DNA of 63,974 bases, the filler included, from Cercozoa sp. M6MM (Eukaryota; Protista; Endomyxa: Ascetosporea): the NCBI GenBank assembly GCA_040357565.1. It is 10 parts of 10 records of this genome, joined end to end, with 100 filler letters (N's around TTAATTAATTAA, not from the genome) between each part and the next. Parts side by side here need not be neighbours in the genome. Positions count along the whole stretch, not along the records: positions 1 to 5,430 come from JBDODJ010000908.1; positions 5,531 to 7,883 come from JBDODJ010001793.1; positions 7,984 to 14,023 come from JBDODJ010000799.1; 7 more parts are not named here. One strand, 5' to 3'. Below are positions 1 to 12,422 of the stretch, one piece after another (within the stretch, counting starts at the first letter, position 1; the number at the start of each line of letters is the position of its first letter). The notes beneath the pieces are model-generated. The model had not been told where the DNA came from. It did no database searches and worked only from the letters and a program-made list of their open reading frames with translations. Made by a program: the position numbers and the translations under genes.

Positions 1-727
1 CCCCGACAGTTGGACCCACCTCGCTCTTGTCGCTCAACGAGTCGCTCGTTGATGACATTGACACCATCGGAGTTCCTGCACCAAAACTGAATCGACAGCA
101 CACTGTGAAGCGACAACACGGTACCATAGGAAGCCGTCGCAAATGAGACGGTGGCGGATTCGCCCGAGTTCATGTGGCCCAAAACTAAACAGGGTGTGAC
201 AATAAAAATGAGCATTAAATGGCGACGAGCAAACGAGTTCGGTACTAGCATGGACGCCATTTCCAGGGGCAACATTGCCGCTGCCGTAGCCGGGGCCCAC
301 TGCACAAAGAAAAACTCATTTAAGCCATGAATCCCAGGCGGGTTCAGCAAAGTTACGCTCAAATGGAAGAAATTACCTGGTGTGGTGACACCATGAGCTT
401 CAAGCGCCTGAAACTGGGCTTCGGCTCTCGAATTCGAGACGTACTCGTGGAGTTGGATCTACAGTACGGAGACATATATACAGTAACACACAAGGCTGAC
501 TGACTGATCGTGTGCTTTCTCACCGAGTAGCCGTTTGGGAGTGCACCAGCCAAATCGCCGGACTGGAAGTTGACGTCGTCGATTGCGTGCTTCAAGGCAA
601 CCACCACCGGCGCGTTGAAGCCATCGTTTGCTGACGTGATGGCAACGTCAAAGGTCGTTGAATTGAGAGCGTTCGTGCAAGAGGTCACCAGCACGGAAAA
701 CAGAGCACAGGCTCGAAGCACTGCCAT
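1..727 (-). CDS. Venus-flytrap (ANF-receptor-type) ligand-binding receptor, 5' part; probably a class C GPCR; runs off the window edge
   Basis: Signal peptide MAVLRACALFSVLVTSCTNA, then ALKHAIDDVN. Spliced exons give LGHMNSGESATVSFATASYGTPMVSMSSTSDSLSDKSE, matching the VFT GPxxS...P-x-IS-xx-STS-xx-LSDK pattern. The 7TM part is not visible. Confidence 0.75.
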
Positions 728-1084
728 CTTTGAACTGGCGCGCGCGGAACCCCGTACCCGTTCACTGTGTTCTTACTCTGTTGAGCGCGACTAAAAGTTA
801 CTTTGCGCCAGAGACAGACAAAGAAGGGAGAGAAGTTCTGGGTGACCATCACCTGTTGTGTTACAGAAACGTTCTGTAATGAGCCCAGTCAACCGGATCG
901 ATCATTGGGGACAATGTTGACCCAACTTTCTGACCACCCAAAACGGTGAACTGCAGCCTGGTTCGATGAATCAAAACGGTTCAGTGCCAGTTGATGTGAC
1001 CAGCCTGTCACTTGATTCTCTGACTCCACGGGGTGCTCACCCAATGACACCCGGATGATGCCGGGTGGCACCACCTGTTTCTGC

Positions 1085-1166
1085 GTTAGTTAGTTGAGTC
1101 TTCTAGGAAACCAACTATGAAGTTCCCCTGCACCAGTCTGGGGTGGGTCACAAGAGCATGGCCGTG
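1085..1166 (+). repeat. Copy of a ~100-bp dispersed repeat family
   Basis: TTAGTTGAGTCTTCTAGGAAACCAACTATGAAGTTCCCCTGCACCAGTCTGGGGTGGGTCACAAGAGCATGGCCGT aligns by eye with the reverse complement of 38138-38215 and with 33180-33280 and 37575-37645. Confidence 0.85.
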
Positions 1167-1368
1167 TCTCACCTGTTTCTGCAATTCGGAAAACGTCTGG
1201 TCGAGCGACCGCCTTGCAGCCACTACTTGCGAGCAACAACAGCCTCAATTTCTAAATCGGACAAACACGACAGGGTTGGTGGTTTAGCTAGCTGTCAAGC
1301 GCCACAATAAGGATCCCAGTCCCATGTTTAATGAACTGATCGACAGCTTTAAGCAGGGGAACTGCAAC

Positions 1369-3714
1369 TCAGAAGCCCGGAGGTCGCACGCCCTCCTCAT
1401 CAGGAGGCGCACAAACACGGTGCAGCGTGTCGGCGCTCAGCATTCGCAACAAATGCGCTTGTTGGTACATACGCGGGAAGAGTCGCTTCACATCGTCAGC
1501 GCTCACGGGAGGCTGGGGAAGAAACGACACAAATACCAAAATTAAAGTAATTGGATCAAGGAATAGGTTGCCAAGACTCGTAACTACCTTAGCAGTGGAC
1601 ACTTCAGGCAGCGGAGTTTCGTCATCGCGCGCAAAAGCAAATCGCGAACGCTTCGCTTGCTGCAAACGATCGCTCTGCCCAGCGAAGAATGAAATTAATC
1701 CACAAAGCTTTTGTTCTTGGTTGATCAAGTACGAATGCTTTGTAGGTACCATGTTTAGATGGACAGATTCCGCCAAGGCCGCAAAGAAACGGCCCAAATT
1801 GAATGTGTGCGCAGCCTGTGCATCCTGCTCGACGAACGTGGCCAAGGAGCTCTGCGACACCACGCGCTGCTGCGTGGCGGCCGAGTAATCGAGCTTGCGG
1901 CGGCGTGACGTGCTTCCACACATCGGAAACGGGTCACGCAGCCAGCGCTCGCTTAGATCTTCGCGTTCATCGTCCGGAACGAGGCCAAGTTCGGCCACTG
2001 CACAAACATCGCTTGGTTCATAGGTTAAAGGTGTAACAAACTAGCTTGAATATTCCAATTGGAAAAGAGATCAAACTTGTGTACTCAACCTTCAAGATTT
2101 TGATAAGCTTGTTTGAATGTCGAATAGAAAACCAAAAGTTATGTAGAGGTAGGTACCTTCGTCGTTGAAATCAGCGTCGGCATCGTCGTCTTCATCGTCG
2201 AAGCCAGGAGGCGGTTCCTGTGCCGACGTTGCTGTTTCCACAAGGGCACGGTCAAGAGAGAAACGAAAACGAAAGGCAAGAAAGGATAAACAGAGCGAGG
2301 TACAAACAACAGGAGCAGACTGCTGTTGTCGCAATTGTGGTGCTGTGTAATCGAAGAGTGCTTTGCCTTCGTCCTTTCGCGTTGCTTGTGCTTTCGTAAG
2401 ACATGTAAACTGAGTCAAGTCAAGTGAAAGGTAAGTGGCGAAAAAGGGTACCAGGCACATGTGAGACACGTCGAGTCTGCGAGGGCAGCGTGCGTCGCAG
2501 GTCGCGAGGCGACTCCTTGCCCGTCAAGAGTTCCTCACCAACTTGAGCATTGCCAGCCACACGCGCATGCAAGAAGTGACAGTCTTTCTGCGTGCAACGA
2601 CGGCCGTTGAGAAAGGCGGCGCAGTACTTGTTCGTGCCCATTTGGCAGCCACTACACGTTTTCGTACATTATCAGTACACCAAGACAGAGGCAAAGCCAA
2701 GTGCAATACATGCGATGGCCGTCCAGCAACTGTCCGTGCATCTGCTTGATCGCTTCGTCGGCCGACCGATCGTGTCGGAACGTGATAAAGGCGGCGTGCA
2801 TGGCCTGTGTTGCACCGTTCAATAAGTATGTCTTCGGCATTGTGAGTACAAGAAAGCTGCTACATCGTTGGGCCCGTCGCGACGACTGTTTTTGAGAGTC
2901 ATGACGCGCACCACCTTGCCGTACTTGCCGAATGCGCGCATCGACGACAAAAAGTCCTGGTTCGCTGCTCTCGCTGCAGAGGTACACAGGTGTAATCATA
3001 CGGCACTCATGCTTGTTCATGTGGCCTGCTTGTGTGGGGTAGTACAAGTAAGGCCCGTCACGTAGACCAAGTTGCGCTGCTTGACGCGAACGCCTTGCAG
3101 GTCCTGCTGCTCCGACGGCGACAGACTGCGTTTGCGCCCACTATGGGGGGGGGGCAAGTGGTTAAGTAGGTTAAGAGCTAAAAGTAGAACAGTCAAAGGA
3201 CAAAAGCAAAGGTACTGCGACGCTTGATTGGTCGTCGCTGCACTTCGGCCACTCTGCCGGCGTCGCTCTTCGCGCTCTCTTTCAAGTCGCTCCTTGTACA
3301 CAGCCACGGCTGCGAAAACTCTCAAATGTACACGCACACACAAGGCAACGGTCAAAATGCGCACCTTCTTCAATCGCTTCGGCAGTGGGTTGCGAGCGCT
3401 CCACGAGCGACGTGTCGTAGGTGCGCCGGCATGCCGGACAGCGCGCGTTCGGAGCGTCCAACACTCGGTGGTAGCACCACAGACACAATTGAAAACCACA
3501 TGGACACGGCTTGAACAGCAAGTCCGTCGCGTCCATGTCCTGCGGCAGGAAACACGCACATGAACAAGAAAATCCACGATCGAAAGAAGCGGGAATTTGG
3601 CACAACTCTCACAGCACAAAATTCCGCACAAAAGTATGTTTAACACACATTGCAACAGATTGGACACTCGGGACGGTCCTCCATCTCCCTCAGCATCTCG
3701 TCGAGCGCGTTCAT
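1369..3714 (-). CDS. CNOT4: CCR4-NOT complex E3 ligase subunit NOT4 (RING-RRM-CCCH), multi-exon
   Basis: Spliced RING CPICCN-DMDATDLLFKPCPCGFQLCLWCYHRV...CPACRRTY, then VRVKQRNLVYVTGL, FGKYGKV (RRM) and MGTNKYCAAFLNGRRCTQKDCHFLH (CCCH). ATG at 3714, stop at 1369 after PPGF. Confidence 0.95.
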
Positions 3715-3980
3715 CTTGGCAGACGGCTGGGCAGAAAAGACCAAGTATTTGCTCTTTCGCCGCACCGGCCTCACCAATGACTAAAGTTGACACGACAGCG
3801 CAGCTCACTGAGAACCTCTGGGCCGGTTTCGTGTTTCGGCTCGCAGCTCGAATCCAAGATCCTTTGAGCTGATGAGTTTTTTGCAAAACGAAAAACAAAA
3901 GCACATCTAGAAGCAACTTCGTCCTATTGTACGGTGCGTGGGCGGCGATGCCTTGAAACGCAAATTGGGAAAGAGAACCA

Positions 3981-5310
3981 CTAATATTGTACAGTCCGAT
4001 CAGTGTAAAAATGCGCGCCAGCCGAGCAGTCACTTCTTTTTCCGGCGGAAGAAATGCCAGAAACGTCGCTTCTGCGGCTTGGAATCCTCGATACCGAGTA
4101 TCTGTGTCTTGGAGTGGATGGCCGACATGACCTGTTGCCAATATCGTAAAAGGGCTCTTTCAGGAAGCGAAGGATCGAGAGTACCTCCTCCTCAAAGACG
4201 TCAGGGTCGACGTATTCGAAGTCTTCAAAGTGTTTCGTCGAGTTGGGTGACCGCTTGCCGTCATTGCCGTAGGCTGCTTCGACGTATTCGGCGTTGACAC
4301 TGCGCGACGACGGTCGGAACGGCGGCACCACGTGTCGCTTCAGCATGCGATCCCAGTCGACACTCGCGAAGAACGGGTGCTGCCTGATCTCGTTCATGTT
4401 GCGTGCGCCAAGTCGCTCCTGCGGGTTCATCTGCAGGCACCAAAACAGCATACTAAATCAGTCAAGTCAGAAGTCAGATAAAATCAAGTCAAGCCAAAAG
4501 TCAAACCAAAAGTCAAACCAAAAGTCAAACCAAAAGTCAAACCAAAAGTCAAACCAAAAGTCAAACCAAAAGTCAAGTTAAAAGTCAAGTCTAGTCAAGT
4601 TAAAACCAAGTTTCATCAAAACTAGAAGGCATCAACGTACGCGCAAAAGCTTGCGCACAAGATCGCGAGCTTCCTCAGGCACGCGTTCCGAGAACTCAAG
4701 CGAGTCGACCACGTCCTGCACAAATCGGGTTAGATACGTCCGCCCAAGTCCAGAAAAAACAGAAGCCTGAACTCACCTCAAACCAGTTGAACACGCGTTT
4801 CCGCCGCTCCTCGCGTTCGCGCTCCTTGGTTGTCATTGCTTCCTCGCTCTCTTCCTTCTTTACATCGATTTTGTCTGAGAGCAAGAGCAAGAGCAAGGTT
4901 TCATAAGATTCACAACACAACAGTGTATGGCAAAAAACGTGGTAAGGAACAGCAGTACCTGGCGAAGCGAGACCAGACGTCTCGTCCTTGTTGGATGTGA
5001 TTTTGTCAGTTCTGTCGGTCTTATCGGTCTTGTCAGTCTTGTCCTCATCCTTGTGCGCGTCCTCTTCGTTCTTGCTGCGTCGACTGGGCCGCGGATCCTT
5101 GGCTGCCTTTCGCTCTTTCGCTCTCCGTTCTCGCTCGCGCTCCTGCTGGCGGCGTCTGTGGTTTCATCACATCCCAGGTGCACTCAGTTGCATCCACGGC
5201 ACAGCAGTACAAGCTGTACCTCTGTCTGAACGGGTTCGACGTGCTCAGCATGCGTAGCAGCGTCACGCCGAAGGCCCACAGGTCGACCTCGCGACCATAG
5301 TGCTTGCCCA
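3981..5310 (-). CDS. AGC-family Ser/Thr kinase, 3' part (5' end lost at contig end)
   Basis: YGREVDLWAFGVTL (subdomain IX), ARDLVRKLL-R-MNPQERLG (XI), EIRQHPFFASVDW, PPFRP and hydrophobic motif FEDFEY. Confidence 0.9.
4460..4600 (+). repeat. Intronic 12-bp minisatellite (AAGTCAAACCAA)n
   Basis: About 7 near-perfect units plus degenerate flanks, inside a kinase intron. Confidence 0.9.
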
Positions 5311-5350
5311 CCTTTACAAAATACATAATAATTAAAATTACACTCGTTGA

Positions 5351-5430
<80 letters not shown>

Positions 5431-5530
5431 NNNNNNNNNNNNNNNNNNNNNNNNNNNNNNNNNNNNNNNNNNNNTTAATTAATTAANNNNNNNNNNNNNN
5501 NNNNNNNNNNNNNNNNNNNNNNNNNNNNNN
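5431..5530. other. Artificial contig linker, first of nine
   Basis: N-run + TTAATTAATTAA (stops in all six frames) + N-run. Repeated at 7884-7983, 14024-14123, 24738-24837, 27760-27859, 31072-31171, 39313-39412, 42461-42560 and 60413-60512. Confidence 0.98.
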
Positions 5531-7201
5531 GGGGGGGGGGATAAAGAGGCAACGCACAAAGCCGCGGCGGTCGCACGGCGTGCGCGAGGCGAGCCAGTCG
5601 CTCAGGTCGTCCCGTGCAAACAACTGCACCCGGGGGGTGAGGGGGTAAGAGGGGGGGGGGGGAGTAGGAGATACCGAGAAGACCGAGTGCAGCTCAGGAC
5701 AGTGCCAGAAGGCTTGCGCACCCGCCACCAGCACACTGTCACACAGGTCCATTAATGCACACATGTACAGACACACTCGTACAAGTGTACACTTGTACAA
5801 CAACACATGTGCAGAGAGTAGCCAACCCAGAGAAGACACCCGAGGTCAGGAAGGGACCCAGCAGTGTGCGCATCGCCGGCGTCAGTCTCCTGTGTCTCGG
5901 GGGGTAAAGCGCGAAAGAGTAGGGAGGTAGGGGGTAGTAGGTAAGGGATAGGAGGTAAGGGATGGAGGTAGGAGGTAAGGGGGTAGTAGGCAAGGTAGGG
6001 TAGTAGGAAGGGGTAGGACTACCACGGCGCCGCCTCGACCTGCTCCAGACAGAGCCAGTGCGACGGCAGCTCGGACTGCACGGCGGCCTCCAGCTTGCCC
6101 AGCGGCACGGCGCGGCCCAAGGCGGCCAGCACCTCGCGCGCACTCGGCTGGTTCGACAGAGCCGCCTGCAGGGTGGGGGTATGGGAGGTATGGGGTATGG
6201 GAGGTATGGGAGGTATGAGGGTAGGGGTATGGGGGTATGGGAGGTATGGGGGTATGGGGTATGGGGAGAGGGCAAGGTGGCTCCTACCCTCAGCTGCGCC
6301 GACGTGAGTCCGAGGTAAGCGGCGTAGGATTCGAGTGCGTTGTCGCAGCGACCGCTGAGTCGCCGCAGCGCCAACGACAGAATCGCCGGCGTCTTCAACT
6401 CGCCTATTAAGGGGGTAGGGGTTAAGGGGGCTGGGGAGGTTAAGGCAGCGGGTTAAGGGAGCAGGGTTAAGGGAGTAGGGTTAAGGGGGTAGGGCTAAAG
6501 GTTAAGGGGGCAACCCTGCGTGTAGGCCGCACGCAGGCCCGTGTCGCCGTCGCTGCAGGCGCCGACAGAGAGAGTGCGCACCTCGCCTGTGCGCGTGTCC
6601 AGCACCAGACGGTGCGGTGCATGTGCACCCCTACCAAGAGGGGGAGGGGGAGGGGGTAGGGGTACAAGGGATAGGAAGACAGGAGGGAAAGCTACCGAGC
6701 ACACAGGATGGAGGACACCAACGACGTCGTCGCCAAGTGCTGCGCCATCTCGCGTCGCCATGTCCTGTGTGTCGCACAGAAGTAAGGGGTAAGGGGGTAA
6801 GGGATATGGCGGTATGGATGGGCCAGGGGGTATGGATGGGCCAGGGGGTATGGAGTATGCGCCCAGGGGGTAAGGGAGGGGTAAAACGCACCAGCTACGC
6901 TCAACATCGCTGGCGGCGGTGCGATCCAGCCAGGTCCTGTGCAACAGGGGGGTAAAGGGGGAGGGACAAAGGGAGGGGAGGCAAGGGGTCAAGGTCAGGG
7001 GGTAAGAAGGAGGGGGTAAAGGGCCCGCGCACTACCGGAGCACAGCGCCGCCGTCGCAGAAGCGTCGGCGCAGTCGGCGGCACAGAGCGGCGCGCCGCCG
7101 CAGCAGCGTCTCCGAGGCAGCCGCAGTCGCAGTCGAGGAGGACGTGTCGCCGCCCTCCTCCATCTGTGTACATATCGATACAGCACATATATATATATAT
7201 A

Positions 7202-7241
<40 letters not shown>

Positions 7242-7860
7242 ATATACATATGTAATATGCACACCTAACACACATAGACAATACATATGTATATACACAT
7301 AGATAGGACCTAGATAATACACATATATATACATATATACATATATATATATAAAGGCAAGGGAGGTTGTACCACCCAGTCAACGCCGTTGCGCGACAGC
7401 ACCTGGATCTGTCGCACCTGTCGGGAGGGGGGGGGGGGGAAGGGGGGTAAGGGGGGGGGGGGTAAGGGGCGGCTACCTTGTCGGCAGCGGCCTTCTGATC
7501 GCCCTTGCGTCTGCACCAACAAAACACGAAACGTCAGTCTTGACAGGCGGACCCCGCCCCCTTAACAAAACACAAAACAGAGGACAGTCTCGGTACCGCA
7601 GAGAGGCGACCTCCTTCAGCATCGAGCACACCGTGGCTACACACACACACACACACACACATACGCAGGTGCACGTGCCAACTCGAGTCACTCAGTCAGT
7701 CACTCAGTCAGACACGTGGGTGAGACACGTGAGTCAGACACGTGAGTGAGACACGTGCCAAGCTAGTCCAGTGAGTCAGTCAGGCAGTGTGCTACCACGC
7801 AGTGTGTTGATGTCGTTCTGCAGTTTCTGCACCTGCTGCGGCGACGCGCGCAGTCGCTCG
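5531..7860 (-). CDS. TRRAP: TRRAP/Tra1-like PIKK pseudokinase domain, internal fragment, about 12 short exons
   Basis: Manual splicing gives [58 protein letters not shown] ... [20 protein letters not shown] ... [10 protein letters not shown]. This follows the PIKK C-lobe pattern (VPFRLTP; LF-x-RDE-x-x-x-W in Tra1) but lacks DRH and DFG. Confidence 0.7.
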
Positions 7861-7983
7861 CTTCGGCAGGGGGGGGGGGGGGGNNNNNNNNNNNNNNNNN
7901 NNNNNNNNNNNNNNNNNNNNNNNNNNNTTAATTAATTAANNNNNNNNNNNNNNNNNNNNNNNNNNNNNNNNNNNNNNNNNNNN

Positions 7984-8037
<54 letters not shown>

Positions 8038-8049
8038 ATGTGTGTGTGT

Positions 8050-9658
8050 GTACCATGACGGGCCACGGTGATGTTGGGCGCCGGAACGTCCAAAAACAAT
8101 ACTGCATGCAACAACAGCGATTGAACCGTGGTTTCTGGCTGAACGCACACCAGTGTCTGGTAACTGCACCTGTTCATGGCGTTGCTCAAACGTTCCCACG
8201 TGCTGGTAGTTTCCCTGGTATTAAAAAAATCAGTTCGTTTTGCACTGCCGTGCATGTCTTGGTGATTATCAGTACCAGGAAACAATCCGCACAGGGCGTG
8301 CGATCAACTAAGAAACCACGCTCCGCAGCGAGTTCCATAAAACGCGGCATGCCCGCGCGATCCGTGCTCTAAAACATCCCCATACAACAAAAGCGTTTAA
8401 TTGAACTTGAACACACCTGGCACACGTAGAAAACGCCTGTCTCCGTGGACAGGTAATGATCCACAACCTCCAAAATGGCTCGAATGTGCCCCTGAAAACG
8501 TGCGCGAATGTTAAACACCATATTACAACAAACACACACCCAAAGATACCTCATTTTCAACGTAAATAAGGCCGGTGCCAAAGAGCACATCCATGCGGTG
8601 TCGGCCTGACTCAATCACGTCCGTTTCAGGCTAAGAAAATGCCATCCAATAGTATACAGGGAAGAAACGGGCGAGCCGGACAAGACATACCTGCCTCTGG
8701 AACTCGCCAATGTCATGGAAGTCCAACTCGGCATAGCGTGCGCTGCGCGAGAGCTGAAAGCGTCGTTCGTGGCGACGCTGCTTCTCTGTCTCGTCACTCA
8801 CCTACAAGCGTTTGAATATACGCATTAACCCGATACAAAAAACGAATGAACTGAACGGTATACCTCCCAATCCAGGTCACGGTCACAGTTGCATTGAACG
8901 TTGTAGCGCATGTTGTCGATTAGTTTCGACACGTACTGTACATTTATAATACATGTGCAAAACAAAACACGAATGAAAGCAGTGCACTAAGAAACACACC
9001 TCGGTCATCCACATCTCCTGACAGTAGCGACCGAGCACAATAGATGGCAAAGCAGCGCCTGCGCCCTGCAACACAATCTGAAGTTTATCGACAAGGAAAA
9101 CTGCGGGTGCTGTACCAACTCAAGTGCAAATGCAGTTTGGCACAAGGGGTTCCGCTCTTCTTCGGCCATCTTGTAAAAGGCGCGCGACAAGATAATAGCC
9201 TGTGTCAAGCACTCCTTTCGATACAAGTGCTCAGCCTGTAGGTGTGCGAGTAGATGAGCAGTACCGAGTCCCAGATCGAACAGCCTGTTTCACAAAACAA
9301 ATTTACAATGGCGGCAGAGGGCACGAAAACAAACTTAGTACCGAGACCTGCTTGAATGATCGGCAGTTCGCGAATGTGTACTTCATCACCGTACGTGTCA
9401 CTCACCTTGTCGTATTTGCCAAGATGGATGGTACGCCGTCGGCGCTTGTTCATATTTCGCACCATCTCAGACCCTAGTACATGAAAAATGTGAGAGGTAA
9501 AGTGGCAAAGGGTTAAGGTGGCAAAGGGTTAAGGTGGCAAAGGGTTAAGGTGGCAAGGTTAAGGTGGCAAATGGGGGGGGTCTCCAGAAGTATAGCTCAC
9601 GATACAATCAATTCCCGGGTTGCCCACAAGGGCTTTCGCTTGATCTAAGATATCCATA
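8050..9658 (-). CDS. Class I SAM-dependent protein-lysine methyltransferase (Methyltransf_16 / METTL21-like); both ends uncertain, may start at 9890
   Basis: Spliced GLG-CSIWDS-AIILSR...ALEL-GAGAALPSIVLGRYCQEMWMTE-YVSKLIDNMRYNVQCN...LDW. Confidence 0.85.
9500..9570 (+). repeat. Intronic 16-bp tandem repeat (GTGGCAAAGGGTTAAG)n
   Basis: About 4.5 units in a methyltransferase intron. Confidence 0.85.
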
Positions 9659-10095
9659 CGTATCAATAAAAACCCAGCACACGCGCACACACAGCCGCAC
9701 TCTGATGTTATGAAATGAAGACAGTTGGACTGCTGGACACAGAAAAAAGCAACGACTCCTTTAAGCTACAGTAAACAAAAGGACTTTGCAGCTGCGTGGT
9801 ACGGCTGAGGCTGTCGTACGGATTGAAATAACGGCCTCTGGTGAATTTGTTCTTGCGATTGTTTTGTTTGCTGTTCCAAGGGAGATACATGTGACAAATG
9901 AATGCTTCTGGATGCAGAAGCTATGTTTCCAAACGAGCGAGACGACACGTTTGGGTCGGTACCGAACTGGTCCGGTTGGGGCGAGACACAGCAGCAGAAG
10001 CAGCCTCCCAACACAGGTACAAACATCTTCCGTGAGATAATGCTTGTATCATCCATCCCGTAATTGCAGCGTTTGGGGGGACACTGCCGAACCCG

Positions 10096-11042
10096 ATGTT
10101 CCAACAGCAGCCCCGTACGCTACTTTTGCGCGTGCGTCTGTAGGTGCAAGTGTGTATTTTTGTTGCGTTTGTCTGCGCAGCCCAATACACGATGCCGCAA
10201 CCCCAAGGTTTTCAGCAACAACAGCAGCAACAGCCCGCGCAGCAGATGCCGCCGCAAGCGCAGCCAGGCAATTCAATGTCGCTACCAGCGGCACCGTCGA
10301 TGCTGTTCAACGACGCCACCATGCAAGTACATTGCTTGACCTTGTTCACTCGCGCGCAATCTGTTGTCCTTAGGCAGCAGCGCAAATCGGCGTTGGCCAG
10401 CTTCGCAACTTTGCTCAAAGCAAGATCGGTATGCTTGACGTTGTCGTGCCTGCGTCTGTTTGTTGTACTTGTACGTGTGGTTCCAGGTTTCCTGTCGCTA
10501 ACTCCGCTGAAGCCGTACTTTGCCGTCGACAACGGTTACGTGCTGCGCAAGCTGCAGCTACTGTTGTTCCCATGGCGTACGTCAGATGCACCTCCGTCTT
10601 ATGCACCACCAGGTACTGAGTCCACAAGCGTACTTGCGCAGTAGCTATATATTTATGCGTACGAATGTAAATATGATAGGCGCGGCACCCAGCAGTGCGT
10701 GCCCGCGCGACGACGTACAAGCACCGGATCTCTACATTCCGTGCATGGCCTTCGTGACCTACGCGCTACTCATGAGTTACCTGGTATGCTACTTCTTTCC
10801 TTTAGCTCCCACAGCACGCCAACTTTTCGTCTCTGTGTAGATTGGCGCTGACAGGACTGCACGAGGCGAAGAGTTTTCGCCCGAGCAAATCTCTGCCAGT
10901 GCAGGTACCTGTTACTGTGCTTGTGTGTTTCCTCTCCGTCCGTCTTACTTCTTCGACTCGGCAGGCACGGTCGTGGTCCTGCTTGCGATTGAAGCGCTGC
11001 TTTTCAAGTTCCTCGTGTACACTGTTCATTTTCTTGGAGTGA

Positions 11043-11091
<49 letters not shown>

Positions 11092-11101
11092 NNNNNNNNN
11101 N

Positions 11102-11197
<96 letters not shown>

Positions 11198-11851
11198 TGT
11201 ATGCGTGTGTGTGTATGTGTGTGTGTGTGTGTATTTGTGTGTGTGTGTGTAGTTACATGTTCGTGTCGACGCCGTCGCAGCTGTCGCCGACATCCGCCAT
11301 GGGTCAGCAGGTGCGTCTGCTCTTTGCAACCTGCGCGTGTGTGTGAGTGTACGTCTGCGCTTTCACGTGTGCAGAACCAAGCTCCGCCGCAGCAGTTGTC
11401 GCTGTTGGACTTGCTGTGCTTCCTCGGCTATAAGTTCGTCGCTATTGATGCGTGTCTGCTCGTTTATTCGATCACTCAGTCTACCCTGGTGCGTGCTCTT
11501 TTTCGCGTCTATTTTTCCTGTCCTCTCGTGGTTCTCTTCTCCCGCTTTGTCTCACGGGCCTTGGACGTTCTGTAGGTTTGGTGGCTCGCGATGCTGTACT
11601 GCGGAGCCGCCCTCGCACGCTTTGTGATGCTCGGGCTCAAGCACGTCATTCTTTCACGAGAAGGTTTCGCTTTGGGTGTCTTTGCTCTTTCTTTGTTGAT
11701 TTCCAGCTCAATCGAAGCTCAAACGAAGCCGTGTCTGGTGCATTGGTTGTCATGTGCAGGATCAGAAGGTGAATCGCGTACACGCTCATTGCTGCTGCTG
11801 GGCGTGGGCACCTTCCAGTTTGTCGCTGCTCTTTGGCTTTCACGTCTCTAG
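10096..11851 (+). CDS. YIF1: YIF1 (Yip1-interacting factor) ER-Golgi membrane protein
   Basis: LKPYFAVDNGYVLRKLQLLLFPW, PRDDVQAPDLYIPCMAFVTYALL, LLDLLCFLGYKFV; Q/P-rich N-terminus; ATG at 10096 followed by a phase-1 intron. Confidence 0.95.
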
Positions 11852-11994
11852 CATAGCGTGGTTCGGGTGCCGTGGTCGTGCTAACCGACCTCGATGCTTA
11901 TTTTAATTTTAAAACTCAGTCATGACAGTAGGTCGCGTAATCGAATAAGACGGACGGCAGCGAGACAACGAGATGCCAACGACCTCTCCTGCCA

Positions 11995-12370
11995 ATTCAA
12001 CTGGGGGACTAAAAAGGGGCGGCCTGGTAGTAATGTTAAAGACTGACTCAGATTATGCAGTCTCCGCAGGGATAAACCCAGACAGACCAGTTGGTATCCC
12101 ATCATTGAAGCGAAAGAGAAAGAAGAGTTAAGAGTTTGTGGCTCTGCGATTGAGCCTGCCAGTTGGCAAAGAGAAAACCTCATCTACTTGGCATCAGCTG
12201 AGAGAAGGGTTTTTTTTTTGTTATATCTTCTCACGTTTTTCCCCGTGACGGAAGATTCCGTCTACAACTCCGTCTAGTTTGACGTAAGAACCCAGTTGGG
12301 GTAATTCTTCACTTCGCTTCTACAAACTGATTAACTTGATTCCCTCGCTTCGTCCAATTGACGACTTACT
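11995..12370 (-). repeat. Diverged copy of the dispersed repeat (arm plus central segment)
   Basis: Reverse complement of 12330-12366 (AAGTCGTCAATTGGACGAAGCGAGGGAATCAAG) matches 38221-38252. Reverse complement of 11995-12110 shares TTCAAT..GA-ACCAACTGGT..AATCTGAGTCAGT..TAAC..GGCCG..TAGTCC with 38257-38330. Confidence 0.7.
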
Positions 12371-12422
12371 TCTTTTATTTAGTTCTTTTCACTGACAACC
12401 GTCAGAACTAACGAACTGACCA

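Noticed and set aside
3017-4141. 374-aa ORF bridging the kinase end and CNOT4
   Set aside because: Chance read-through of intergenic DNA and introns. The conserved CNOT4 RING needs another frame and splicing.
5475-5486. Recurrent palindrome TTAATTAATTAA (9 copies)
   Set aside because: Always centred in a 100-nt N linker. It is an artificial six-frame stop spacer, and adjacency across it is meaningless.
6410-6510. Interstitial telomere array
   Set aside because: Units are irregular GGGGTAA/GGTTAAGGG variants rather than a constant telomeric unit. Kept only as the intron-filler finding.
7376-7420. ATP-dependent DNA ligase suggested by VLSRNGVDW
   Set aside because: No KxDG motif, and the downstream exons fit a PIKK/TRRAP C-lobe.
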